The notes: generated by a model from the sequence alone, not told the origin. Counted from the first letter of the stretch, positions 19,672-28,818 are shown. The stretch: DNA of 64,000 nucleotides from a virus (IMGVR_UViG_3300014205_000187:1-64000), one strand, 5' to 3'. Numbers and translations: made by a program.

Positions 19672-20653
19672 AGCGCACCTGGCTGTCGGCCCTCTGTCTT
19701 CAGAGATTATCTCTGCTGTGTATAAATACTCTCACGTCTACAACGTGCAGCTCATGCTTATTGCTTCGTTGAATCAGATCAACTGCAATGGAGGGTATGT
19801 TCACGGCTGGGATACCAAAATCTTCAAATCGTTTTGTGGTCAGATGCACACGGTATATCCTAAAGCTGATGTGCTTATTTGTCGAGATCACTGCGGCCCG
19901 ATGTTTACAGAAGAAACCCATCTAAGCGAAAGTATGAAGATGGTTTATGCCAATTTGAAAGCCGACTGTGATGCCGGTTTCGACATTATTCATATCGACA
20001 TGTGCCATTACTCAGACGGTATTCATGGAGTGTTAGACGAAACTAAAAAAGCAATGAAGTATTGTTTAGGTATCAATCCTGAAGTTCGATTTGAAGTCGG
20101 CACAGACTCTATCAACGGAGAACGCACAGAACCAGATGATCTAGGATACATATTGGATGAGCTGGAAGGTTTTCCGATTGAGTTCTATGTCGTAAATACA
20201 GGGTCTTTGGTCAGGGATACTTATCAAGTAGGCTCATTCGACATCAGCAATACAAAGGAGTGTGCGGCCATTTTACATGGTGCAGGTATCAAGGTCAAAG
20301 AGCACAACAGTGATTATTTAAGTAAAGATAACATTAAAAGCAGGCTTACTTGTGGGGTTAGTGCGCTTAATATCGCACCTGAAGTAGGCTATACGCAAAC
20401 TATGGAATTGTGTCGTCTTTTTGCACAGAATCCTAATACTTCGACATGTCTTACAAACTGGAAACAGGAGATATATGAATCGGGTAAATGGAAAAAATGG
20501 ACAAGAGATGATGATATAGAACATGCTGTAAAGTGTGGTGGTTTTTATCATTTTAAGGGAAATAATTATGCGGCATTGTTGGATTACCTGAGATACCCCA
20601 CCGAAAAATTGATTGAAGAAGCTGTAATTGTTATAAAGAGATATTGTGGGTAA
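19655..20653 (+). CDS. GatZ/KbaZ-like (tagatose-bisphosphate aldolase non-catalytic subunit / epimerase-like) protein
   Basis: GPLS, LIASLNQI..GGY, RDHCGP, IHID, EHNSDY, NIAPE. Confidence 0.7.
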   Translation: MLEPCKAHLAVGPLSSEIISAVYKYSHVYNVQLMLIASLNQINCNGGYVHGWDTKIFKSFCGQMHTVYPKADVLICRDHCGPMFTEETHLSESMKMVYANLKADCDAGFDIIHIDMCHYSDGIHGVLDETKKAMKYCLGINPEVRFEVGTDSINGERTEPDDLGYILDELEGFPIEFYVVNTGSLVRDTYQVGSFDISNTKECAAILHGAGIKVKEHNSDYLSKDNIKSRLTCGVSALNIAPEVGYTQTMELCRLFAQNPNTSTCLTNWKQEIYESGKWKKWTRDDDIEHAVKCGGFYHFKGNNYAALLDYLRYPTEKLIEEAVIVIKRYCG

Positions 20654-21653
20654 ATTAGTTGATCTTACAGGTTATGTTTTTGGGAAACTTACTGTGATAA
20701 GTAAAGGGTCTTCCAAAAAACATAAATTATACTGGAAATGTAAGTGTTTTTGTGGCGAGATTAAAGAAGTACGCGGAGATAGTTTACAAAAGGGCAGCAC
20801 TACTACGTGTGGTTGTATAAAACGCCCTAATTTAGTTGGAAAAGTTTTTGGTAGGCTTATTGTTATAGCCTTAGACAAGGCTGAACGTGAACAAGTATGG
20901 AAGTGCCTCTGTAAATGTGGTAATGAAACAAAGGTTAATACAAGAGATTTACATGATGGACACTCTAAAAGTTGTGGATGTCTCCGTAAAGAAAAACCTT
21001 ATGATGTTCCTAGAGGAGATAAAAACCATAAGTGGAAAGGTGGACTTACGCCTATGATAAAAACATTACGTGCAAGTGAACAAGGAAAAAAATGGACAGC
21101 TAATGTTTTGAGGCGTAGTAACTATACCTGTTTTTTGTGTAAACAAAAAGAACATCTTGAGGCACACCATAAAGTATCATTTGCCGCAATAATTCATGAT
21201 AATAACATTCAAACAACAGAAGAGGCTCTTCGGTGTAAAGCTCTTTGGCGTCTTAAAAACGGTATAGCTCTATGCAAAAAATGCCATCATAAGTTGCATC
21301 ACATACATAAGTATAGAACTACTATAAAACCTTGGGGAGCCGAAATACTTTTTGAAGTCAATGATAAGTATGCCGTAAAACAACTCGTTATGTGGGCTGG
21401 ACAAAAGTGCTCTTTGCAAAGGCATATTAAAAAACAAGAAACTTTTGTGCTTCTTACGGGACGAATGCTTTTTACGCATAAAGATAAACAATATCGTTTG
21501 AAAACAGGAGCCTTTTTTACTATAAAACCTGGTGAGGTGCATAGAATGGAAGCTCTAACAGATATTGTATATTTAGAATGCTCTACCCCTGAACTGGATG
21601 ACGTAGTACGTATTCAGGATGAGCATGGACGTATAACTGTAGGAGATTTATAA
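20646..21653 (+). CDS. HNH endonuclease fused to cupin (mannose-6-P isomerase-like) domain
   Basis: Two FG(K/R)L...WKCxCxCG...CGC repeats; EAHH...NGIALCKKCH; then KPWG...SLQRH..KQETF...VHRM. Confidence 0.8.
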   Translation: MGKLVDLTGYVFGKLTVISKGSSKKHKLYWKCKCFCGEIKEVRGDSLQKGSTTTCGCIKRPNLVGKVFGRLIVIALDKAEREQVWKCLCKCGNETKVNTRDLHDGHSKSCGCLRKEKPYDVPRGDKNHKWKGGLTPMIKTLRASEQGKKWTANVLRRSNYTCFLCKQKEHLEAHHKVSFAAIIHDNNIQTTEEALRCKALWRLKNGIALCKKCHHKLHHIHKYRTTIKPWGAEILFEVNDKYAVKQLVMWAGQKCSLQRHIKKQETFVLLTGRMLFTHKDKQYRLKTGAFFTIKPGEVHRMEALTDIVYLECSTPELDDVVRIQDEHGRITVGDL

Positions 21654-23249
21654 GTGTCTAAAATTAAGGTGCTTATCACAACTTCGGGCATTGGGGCACG
21701 ATTGGGAGAACTGACAAATCATACCAACAAGGCTTTAATTACTGTCGGGGGTAAGCCGGTGTTGTCTTATATCCTTGACGCCTACCCAAAGGATACTCAA
21801 TTTGTTATCACCCTCGGCTATAAAGGAGACCTAGTTAGACAGTTTGTTAAGTTGGTCTACCCTGATCTCAAGGTTGAGTTTGTTGAAATCGATAACTATG
21901 ATGGCCCCGGCAGTAGTCTTCTCTATTCGATGTACAAAGCAAAAGGACATCTTGATTGTCCATTCATCTTTCATGCCTCAGACACGATAATCACAGACGC
22001 CCCTATACCTATGATAGACTCGTATAACTGGAACGGGGTCTACGATCTTGGCACCGAGCACAGTGCTCAGTACCGATTGGTGCAGGTATTAAATGACAAT
22101 GAGATGGGAGTCATATACGATAAAGAAGCGGGCACCGGCAAAGCTAATCATGCCCATATAGGTCTTTGTGGAATCTCAGACTGGTATGATTTTTGGGACA
22201 TCGCTGGCAGTCTATTGGCTCGGGAAGATACCAGTCTGTCTGATGTGCATGTAATAAACATCATGCGTCAGCAAGGAAAACGATTCGCTTTATATCATTA
22301 TCCCAGTTGGAAAGATGTCGGAAATATAGATGCTCTGGAGACGGCGAACAAGGCTCTTACTACTGAAGAGACCGTCACCCTGCCGAAGACAGACCAGATA
22401 GCTTACATTTTCGATGACAAGATAGTAAAGTTTTTCAGTGACGAAGACACGGTATCTAAACGGCTTAAACGGGCTGATTATTTGGGAGAAGCCGTGCCAA
22501 AAATTACTGGCTACACTCATAATTTTTACACGTATGAGAAGGCTATCGGTCCTTTGCTGAGAGGTATATACCCCAGTGAAATCCATGCGTTTTTACTCTG
22601 GTGTCAGGAAAACTTATGGGTCCGTGAAGAAGCTCCTCCAGAATATACAAAGCTGTGCAGGTCATTCTACCAAGAGAAAACAATGAAACGCTTAGAAAGG
22701 TTCTATGCAGAGACGGGTATAGTAGATTCTGAGGAGCTGCTTAATGGAGAGAAAGTGCCAAAGTTGGAATACCTACTGACCAGCAGGGTTCCGTGGTTGA
22801 GTATAAATCAAGGTATTCCCACAAAGAAGATGCATGGAGACCTACACTTCTCGAATGTTATCAAGACCAAAAATGGGTATAAGCTCCTTGATTGGAGAGA
22901 AGACTTTGGCGGCAGCACTGAGATTGGAGACGTATACTACGATCTCGCAAAACTGAATCATGGAATGCTCGTTTCTCATGATCTGGTGAACGAAAACAGA
23001 TTCATGATCAAACGAGGTAATTTTGATGTCGAGGTAGATATTCAGAGACACCATAGACTTGTTGAATGTCAGGACGTTTTCTACTCTTTTTTGAGTAAGT
23101 TTGGGTATGACCCACAAAAAGTGGACATCTTAACGGCTCTGATTTACTTGAATATCTGCCCTCTGCACCATTATCCGTATAACATTTTTCTCTACTATTT
23201 TGGAAAAAAGATGCTGTGCGACATTCTTAAAAAAGTGAGATACTGGTGA
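21654..23249 (+). CDS. nucleotidyltransferase fused to aminoglycoside/choline-kinase-like phosphotransferase
   Basis: SGIGARL..LT..TNKAL; HGDLHFSN, LDWR, YDLAKL. Confidence 0.85.
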   Translation: MSKIKVLITTSGIGARLGELTNHTNKALITVGGKPVLSYILDAYPKDTQFVITLGYKGDLVRQFVKLVYPDLKVEFVEIDNYDGPGSSLLYSMYKAKGHLDCPFIFHASDTIITDAPIPMIDSYNWNGVYDLGTEHSAQYRLVQVLNDNEMGVIYDKEAGTGKANHAHIGLCGISDWYDFWDIAGSLLAREDTSLSDVHVINIMRQQGKRFALYHYPSWKDVGNIDALETANKALTTEETVTLPKTDQIAYIFDDKIVKFFSDEDTVSKRLKRADYLGEAVPKITGYTHNFYTYEKAIGPLLRGIYPSEIHAFLLWCQENLWVREEAPPEYTKLCRSFYQEKTMKRLERFYAETGIVDSEELLNGEKVPKLEYLLTSRVPWLSINQGIPTKKMHGDLHFSNVIKTKNGYKLLDWREDFGGSTEIGDVYYDLAKLNHGMLVSHDLVNENRFMIKRGNFDVEVDIQRHHRLVECQDVFYSFLSKFGYDPQKVDILTALIYLNICPLHHYPYNIFLYYFGKKMLCDILKKVRYW

Positions 23250-23252
23250 TGT

Positions 23253-23534
23253 ATGAAGTTAATACCCGTCGTGCTATTACTTTTTGTTCTGATGGGTTGC
23301 AAGGTGCATGGAGTTCCCAAGCCTCCACCAATTAAACCTGTGGACTGTTCCATCACTTTATGGTGGATGTGGAATGATGCTTGGGGGCATCACGAGACCT
23401 CGAGTACTTGGATTCTGTCTCGTGATGCCGAATGTAAATGGACTGCTACAAAAGTTGCTGACAGCTGCAATAATGAAACCCCGAGTGAGAATACAGAGGA
23501 GCATAAAACTTCCCCTGATGATACACCCCGTTGA
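23253..23534 (+). CDS. putative lipoprotein
   Basis: MKLIPVVLLLFVLMG-C lipobox. Confidence 0.55.
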   Translation: MKLIPVVLLLFVLMGCKVHGVPKPPPIKPVDCSITLWWMWNDAWGHHETSSTWILSRDAECKWTATKVADSCNNETPSENTEEHKTSPDDTPR

Positions 23535-25181
23535 CAGCCCACATGTCTCCTACGGCTACAGGGTTATCGCTCACTACATATAAACAGTTATCTAACTCGA
23601 ATCCGTCAGAATATAGCTGCGTGACCTTACCAAAAGTCTTGGTAAAAAATCCCATAGTACTCGAGGCTTTGGCTGCGGTCACTCCGACAGGATTCAAAGA
23701 ATCGGCGTAACAGAGATTTATAAACTGGCTCTGAGTTGCCTGAAGAGACTTTCCATCTGAATCGATGATGCCTTCCAGATAGGATACCTTTGAATGCAGT
23801 GTCGGCACAGTTGTGGACTGAACAAACAAAGGTATTCGATCATCAAGACCCTGAACATAAAACCCTCCAGGAACCACGGCTGTGACTACCAAATCATAGA
23901 AAGCGATTCGATTGTCTGCGTGGAGTCCTAAAAGATTGATCTTGCTCAAAGTAGGCATCGATACCACGGGCACTGGATGGTTGTTTGTTTCTCCAATAAT
24001 CCCAGAATATAGATTAGCGGTAGCATTACCGCTTTCATCATAAGAGTAAGTAGTGATCTGGTAAGCTCTTCCTATAGGACCGGAGACAGAGACGTTGTAA
24101 TCTCCTCCTGGACATCCACTGACTATCGTGGCACCACTTACATTTTCTCCTACATTCTGGCCGTCCGAGTTCGTTACAGTAAGAGTGACATCGGGGTCGT
24201 TACTCAACGCAGCCAGACCAGTGAGACCCCAGGAAACACCGTTTGTTGGTTTCCTGTAGAGTAGATAAAACGATCTGGTGTTGTAAGGTTGTTCGTAAGA
24301 CGCTCTTATAACAGGGTCAGCTTTATAAGGGTCATAGACATAGTAGTTTGGCAGAGGAGAGCCGTTTGCATAGAAGCATAGAACATATACCATGTGCTCT
24401 GTAAGGTCTTCAGGATACTTCAAATAGGCTCCTACAGATAATCCACGCTCCAGAGCCTCATTAAGAGGCACGTTTCCTCTAAAAACACACCTTGACCCTG
24501 TTCGTTGGTATAGCTCACGAAGAACGGCAAATGGATTTATATTGATAGGGTTAAAGAAGCCATCAGCCTGTGTTTTTAGATAGCTATTCAACCCTGATAT
24601 GCCGGGAGATGATAAACCGAGATTGTTTTCCATCATGCAATAAGCAGCCAGTTCGCTGCCTACATTTTCGATGGTGTAAGAGGTATGTCCATAAAGCTCG
24701 GTGTAACCGCTGACAGTGCGTTTTGTAACACCAAAATTGACAGCATAGCCCGACATTACGTGCATCTCAGATACATTAGGGGAGGACCGGCAGGAGACCA
24801 GTTTCCAGCTCCAGAAAAAGACCATGTGGCAATTAAAGGAGCAGCCACATAAGCCTTAATTATAGTCTCGTAGATAGCTTTATGGGTTATTCCTCCAGTG
24901 TAGTCATCGAAGTACCACCAGCATCTTTCGGTATTGATATTGGGATACCGTTTCCAGTTTGACCCTGATAAACCCAGAGTTTCAAAGGATGCTTGACGAT
25001 CAAAAGACCCAAATCCAAATAATAACCAAGCATCCCAGTCATATACTACATTGACTGAAAAAGGAGCATCGGGCGTAGAACCGTTCCAGCTCCAGTCCAA
25101 TTCAGGGACATATATTTCTGTCGCTAAAGCAGCAGACATAGTGACGAATACGAACAAAAACACATACGCAAACCTTCTCAT
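23446..25181 (-). pseudogene. secreted C39-peptidase-like protein with C-terminal OB-like module, split by a frameshift near 24780
   Basis: Signal peptide in ORF 24756-25181; peptidase-like H/D motifs (EHMV, YDP) in ORF 23446-24825; one extra base in the G4 run 24779-24782 would join them. Confidence 0.55.
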
Positions 25182-25183
25182 TA

Positions 25184-25654
25184 TTACTTTGCCTCCAACG
25201 ATGCTAAGGCTTCCCTTAGCTCAGTGTTAGATTCAATCTGACTGAGAATGAATCGGTAAGGGCCTCGTTGTATTACATGTTTCTTGGTATTCAGAGGTAG
25301 ATTGGTTATCGATATTTCCAAGCTATGAGAGGGGTGTAGTCGGATGTCAGGGTCTACATAAAGTTCTCTTCCGAGGTTGGAGGAGATCACGATCATAGTC
25401 TTGGATTGGTAACGCAGAATACTGTGGTGGGGTTTGATTTTGAAAGTTTTATCTCCCACGCTTAAAGAGTTTCCTGTTACTCGAATCAGCACTCCATGCA
25501 CTTTTACGCTGTATGAGTGTTTGATTGGTGGGTTATGGTAGAGACAGGGAATCTTATAGTTTTTGTATGGACTGGGCGCAGGCCATGTCATTATGGTCTC
25601 GGCGCAAACAGCCAGAAAAACTAATGCAACAATCCACGCAGCCGTCTTGTACAT
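25184..25654 (-). CDS. hypothetical exported or membrane-anchored protein
   Basis: AAGGAGGTG SD, N-terminal hydrophobic segment. Confidence 0.7.
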   Translation of the reverse strand: MYKTAAWIVALVFLAVCAETIMTWPAPSPYKNYKIPCLYHNPPIKHSYSVKVHGVLIRVTGNSLSVGDKTFKIKPHHSILRYQSKTMIVISSNLGRELYVDPDIRLHPSHSLEISITNLPLNTKKHVIQRGPYRFILSQIESNTELREALASLEAK

Positions 25655-25794
25655 TTGAATCACCTCCTTTCCTCATGGCAGTATATCATGAGAATGTGAC
25701 AAAAGAAGCTGTAAAAATTACGAGTATTTCATAAGTAAAAGCAGGTATTTTTAGCAGGTTGTAGGCTGCCGGAGCTATATGCTATAATTCGTGA

Positions 25795-26286
25795 ATGGGA
25801 AAAAGCTCAAAGAGAAAAAACAATAAGCACAGCTATCCAACTTTGATCTGCTTAGAATGCGCGATCTTGGCTGGAAAAAAGACTTCTCAATCTCCCTCCG
25901 AAGATCATTGGCTGTTTGAGACTTGCAGTTTGTGTGGTCGAAAAATGGCTGTTACAGACCCCAAAAACTTCGGGCATTTCTCTCCTGATAACTTGGCTTA
26001 TGCCAGGAAAAAGATCAAAGAGTTCGGATTTGATGTAAAGAAGTATGCTGAAGTCGATGATGTGCGCCGACTGATAGATGTGATAACGGGCGTCCTCGGC
26101 GATAACATGAGCTATATGACAAAACTTGTCATTCGAGACATCGAAGCTGATATGGCTCGTGGAAAACTTATCGATATGTATGCCACTAAGCAGTTGTCTT
26201 ATTGGTATGCCAAGGATGCCGAGTTCATTCAAAATCGAAAAGAACAAGAACAAGAAGAAAGTAAGATCATCATAGCACGAGGCTGA
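25795..26286 (+). CDS. hypothetical zinc-binding protein
   Basis: CLEC...CSLCG; promoter directly upstream. Confidence 0.7.
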   Translation: MGKSSKRKNNKHSYPTLICLECAILAGKKTSQSPSEDHWLFETCSLCGRKMAVTDPKNFGHFSPDNLAYARKKIKEFGFDVKKYAEVDDVRRLIDVITGVLGDNMSYMTKLVIRDIEADMARGKLIDMYATKQLSYWYAKDAEFIQNRKEQEQEESKIIIARG

Positions 26287-26287
26287 T

Positions 26288-27286
26288 ATGAAGAAACGGA
26301 TAGTGATAATCCGTCAGCGGCCATCTATAGGAGATTGTTTGCTCCTTGGCCCAATGATTCAAGAAGTACAGAAAAGAAATCCAGACTGCCATCTCACTGT
26401 AGTAACCGATGAAACGTATATGGGAGGCGGTCTTGTTCGTATTTTCAAAGGTATCCCCGGTGTTGATAGAGTCGAATGTATAGACTCAAAGGAATGGACA
26501 ACACCTCTAAACACCTTGATAGACCCCTCTCTTAGAGGCGCACGATTAGACCCCAAACCTTATACAGTGGCAAAAGCGGATAAGGTTTATGATTGCAATG
26601 CCGACTTCATGAACTATGAACGTGAGTATAGAGGAGACCCTCCCACGGGTATTGCTGAGTTCTGGCTCCGACATCATCAATTATATCGAGAAGGGGTTAA
26701 TCTACTTCCCACATTTCAAATAGACCCAGAAGTGCAGGCCGAAGCTGATGCTTGGCTTGCTGAAAAGAATCCTACCAACAAGCCAATTATAGGTATAGTG
26801 CTCAGAGCTGGAGAAAGCCCTCGTGATTGGAACTTCAACAACAGAGCCTCGGATGTTATGATGTCCGTGCATACAAAAGGTTTTCTGCCTTTAACTATCG
26901 ATTCAGTATCTTATGTTTATTCACCGTTCGCCGTTAATCTGGTTGGAAAGCCTATCGATTTTGTGGCGGCTGTGGTTGCTCGTTGCAGATTGGTTTTGAC
27001 CCCTGATACAGGATTGCTCCATTTAGCTCAGGCTGTGTTGACTCCTCAAGTTGCCCTCTGGGGAATTATGAGGCCGGAGTTGAGAGTGGCCGGATACGAC
27101 TGTCAAGTAGTGCCGGAACACAGCCTGGGCTATTGCCAAACCCATAATGAGTTGAAATACTGTCAGTGCTCATGGAAGTTTCAGCAATGGTCATGTATGC
27201 GAAAGATCACGTTACGCATGATTATCGATGGTATTGAAAAGGCACTTAAAAAGCAGGTAGTTTTACCTATAGACAAGCCTGTTTGA
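26288..27286 (+). CDS. GT9 (heptosyltransferase-like) glycosyltransferase
   Basis: SIGDCLL, PDTGLLHLA, ALWG, CM..I C-terminus. Confidence 0.85.
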   Translation: MKKRIVIIRQRPSIGDCLLLGPMIQEVQKRNPDCHLTVVTDETYMGGGLVRIFKGIPGVDRVECIDSKEWTTPLNTLIDPSLRGARLDPKPYTVAKADKVYDCNADFMNYEREYRGDPPTGIAEFWLRHHQLYREGVNLLPTFQIDPEVQAEADAWLAEKNPTNKPIIGIVLRAGESPRDWNFNNRASDVMMSVHTKGFLPLTIDSVSYVYSPFAVNLVGKPIDFVAAVVARCRLVLTPDTGLLHLAQAVLTPQVALWGIMRPELRVAGYDCQVVPEHSLGYCQTHNELKYCQCSWKFQQWSCMRKITLRMIIDGIEKALKKQVVLPIDKPV

Positions 27287-27298
27287 AATAAGTATACT
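27270..27298 (+). promoter_or_regulatory. promoter of ncRNA operon
   Basis: TAGACA-17bp-TATACT. Confidence 0.75.
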
Positions 27299-27340
27299 GA
27301 GGATGCAAACACGCAGCGAGTGTGTTATTGGTAGTGCGAT

Positions 27341-27398
27341 TTGGTCTGGGTGCGGCTGGTCAGTGCAGGTCCGCACCTGGGCCAAGCTCTTTGAAAAC
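27341..27398 (+). promoter_or_regulatory. boxB-like hairpin plus rrn-type boxA antitermination signal
   Basis: 15-bp stem 27341-27385 immediately followed by GCTCTTTGAAAAC. Confidence 0.65.
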
Positions 27399-27401
27399 TT
27401 T

Positions 27402-27817
27402 GGGGGTGACTGGATTCGACAGGGAGAATAATTGAATAGATAGCGTGTCGGAGATGATCGTTGGCTCCGTAAATCTCGATCAAACAAGTAAATGCGAAAA
27501 ACATTTCTGACAGTATTATCCGTGACATCAACAGCATTGGGTCTCTCCATGCGATGACTGAATCGGATATGCTCCTTGCTGCTTAGACAGCTTGGTGTTC
27601 CTTGGAGAGAGTGCTCTGTAGCCAAGGGGCATAATTACTGAGCTGCGGGTGAACCAGGAGATGAAATCGGCCTGGCCCTAAGTTAAGGATTTCAAAACAC
27701 CGTATCATGAGTTTGCCCTGAATCTTTAGACGGGGAAGAAAAACAAGGGCTACACACGTAGAAGTCTGTTCATGAAACTCTTTGGAAGGGGGGTTCGATA
27801 CCCCCCCACCTCCACCA
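27402..27817 (+). ncRNA. ssrA: tmRNA
   Basis: GGGGGTG/CACCTCC acceptor stem with G3-U wobble, ACCA end, GGATTCGAC 5' motif, TTCGATA T-loop, tag ORF 27494-27586 ending LLAA*. Confidence 0.95.
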
Positions 27818-27819
27818 AT

Positions 27820-27937
27820 TCAGAGTCGATATGTCGAAAGACCGGGAATGGTGTGAACTCACCGAGGTTTACTTAGCGCAAGGTACGTACCAAGTTATAG
27901 AGTAGTCACGAAATAAAGAAACCTATACCGACTCTGA
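27820..27937 (+). ncRNA. unassigned structured RNA 1 (four-way junction)
   Basis: Hand-folded closing stem TCAGAGTCG/CGACTCTGA enclosing three contiguous helices, one with a GAAA tetraloop. Confidence 0.6.
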
Positions 27938-27953
27938 TGTTATAAATGTTCAT

Positions 27954-28032
27954 TTTGGGTATGCGCCAGCGGAGTCCTAAAACTGAATCTGGTCTATCAG
28001 AATGAGATAGCGTAAAAAGCGGCATACCCAAG
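27954..28032 (+). ncRNA. unassigned structured RNA 2 (four-way junction)
   Basis: Closing stem TTGGGTATGC/GCATACCCAA enclosing three contiguous helices. Confidence 0.55.
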
Positions 28033-28036
28033 TTAA

Positions 28037-28375
28037 ATGGCTAATCAAGTGAATGGACAAGTTGAAAACTGTCAAGAAGGGCATGAAAGACGCTACTGTT
28101 ACAAGAAAACATGCGTCTATTGTGTTGCGAACTTTGTAGGCGATGAGACGGTAAAAAATGATGCCACGGCTTATGAGTTTGCGCGAAGAGAGGTTTTGAA
28201 AATGGCTGAGAATACCTATATCAATATCATAAAAGATGGCAAACCCGTCAAACAATTCTGCGCTAATCAGGACGTGGATGCCAAGCAGTATGCCGAGTGC
28301 ATAGGTGCAGAACTTCAAACCAACTGCGTTCGTAATGAAGCTCTGCTTTCGGCGCAAAAACAAGTAACCCAGTAG
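28037..28375 (+). CDS. hypothetical Cys-rich protein
   Basis: ORF between RNA cluster and dUTPase. Confidence 0.6.
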   Translation: MANQVNGQVENCQEGHERRYCYKKTCVYCVANFVGDETVKNDATAYEFARREVLKMAENTYINIIKDGKPVKQFCANQDVDAKQYAECIGAELQTNCVRNEALLSAQKQVTQ

Positions 28376-28385
28376 GAGGCAACTT

Positions 28386-28817
28386 TTGGTCGTAATTAAG
28401 GTCAAACTACTTGAGGCAGATGGACAGATACCTGTCTATGCTCATAGCACGGACTCTGGAGCCGATCTGTTTGCTCTGGAAGACAAGTTCATATCATCGA
28501 ATGAAATGGCTCCTCTCAGAACTGGAATCGCTGTAGAACTTCCTCCTGGATATGAACTTCAAGTTCGTTCTAAATCGGGGCTGGCTGCAAAACACAATCT
28601 CTTTGTGTTGAACAGCCCCGGCACTGTAGATCAGGATTATCGAGGAGAAATTATGGTCTTGATGTTCAATGCCGGTAAACTGTCTTACAAGATCAACAAG
28701 GGCGATAAAATAGCTCAGATGGTCGTTTCTCCTGTCATTCAGGCTTACTACGAAAAAGTCGAAGAGCTGTCTGATACGGACAGGGGTGAGGGCGGCTTCG
28801 GAAGCACGGGGAAATAA
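28386..28817 (+). CDS. dut: trimeric dUTPase
   Basis: SGADL, RSKSGLA, GTVDQDYRGE, IAQ, RGEGGFGSTG. Confidence 0.95.
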   Translation: MVVIKVKLLEADGQIPVYAHSTDSGADLFALEDKFISSNEMAPLRTGIAVELPPGYELQVRSKSGLAAKHNLFVLNSPGTVDQDYRGEIMVLMFNAGKLSYKINKGDKIAQMVVSPVIQAYYEKVEELSDTDRGEGGFGSTGK

Positions 28818-28818
28818 A

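Noticed and set aside
27300-27400. tRNA upstream of tmRNA
   Set aside because: No T-loop or cloverleaf; better explained as hairpin + boxA
27820-28032. Hairpin, hammerhead or twister ribozyme; SRP or Y RNA
   Set aside because: I could not place the conserved core motifs by eye, so the elements are left unassigned
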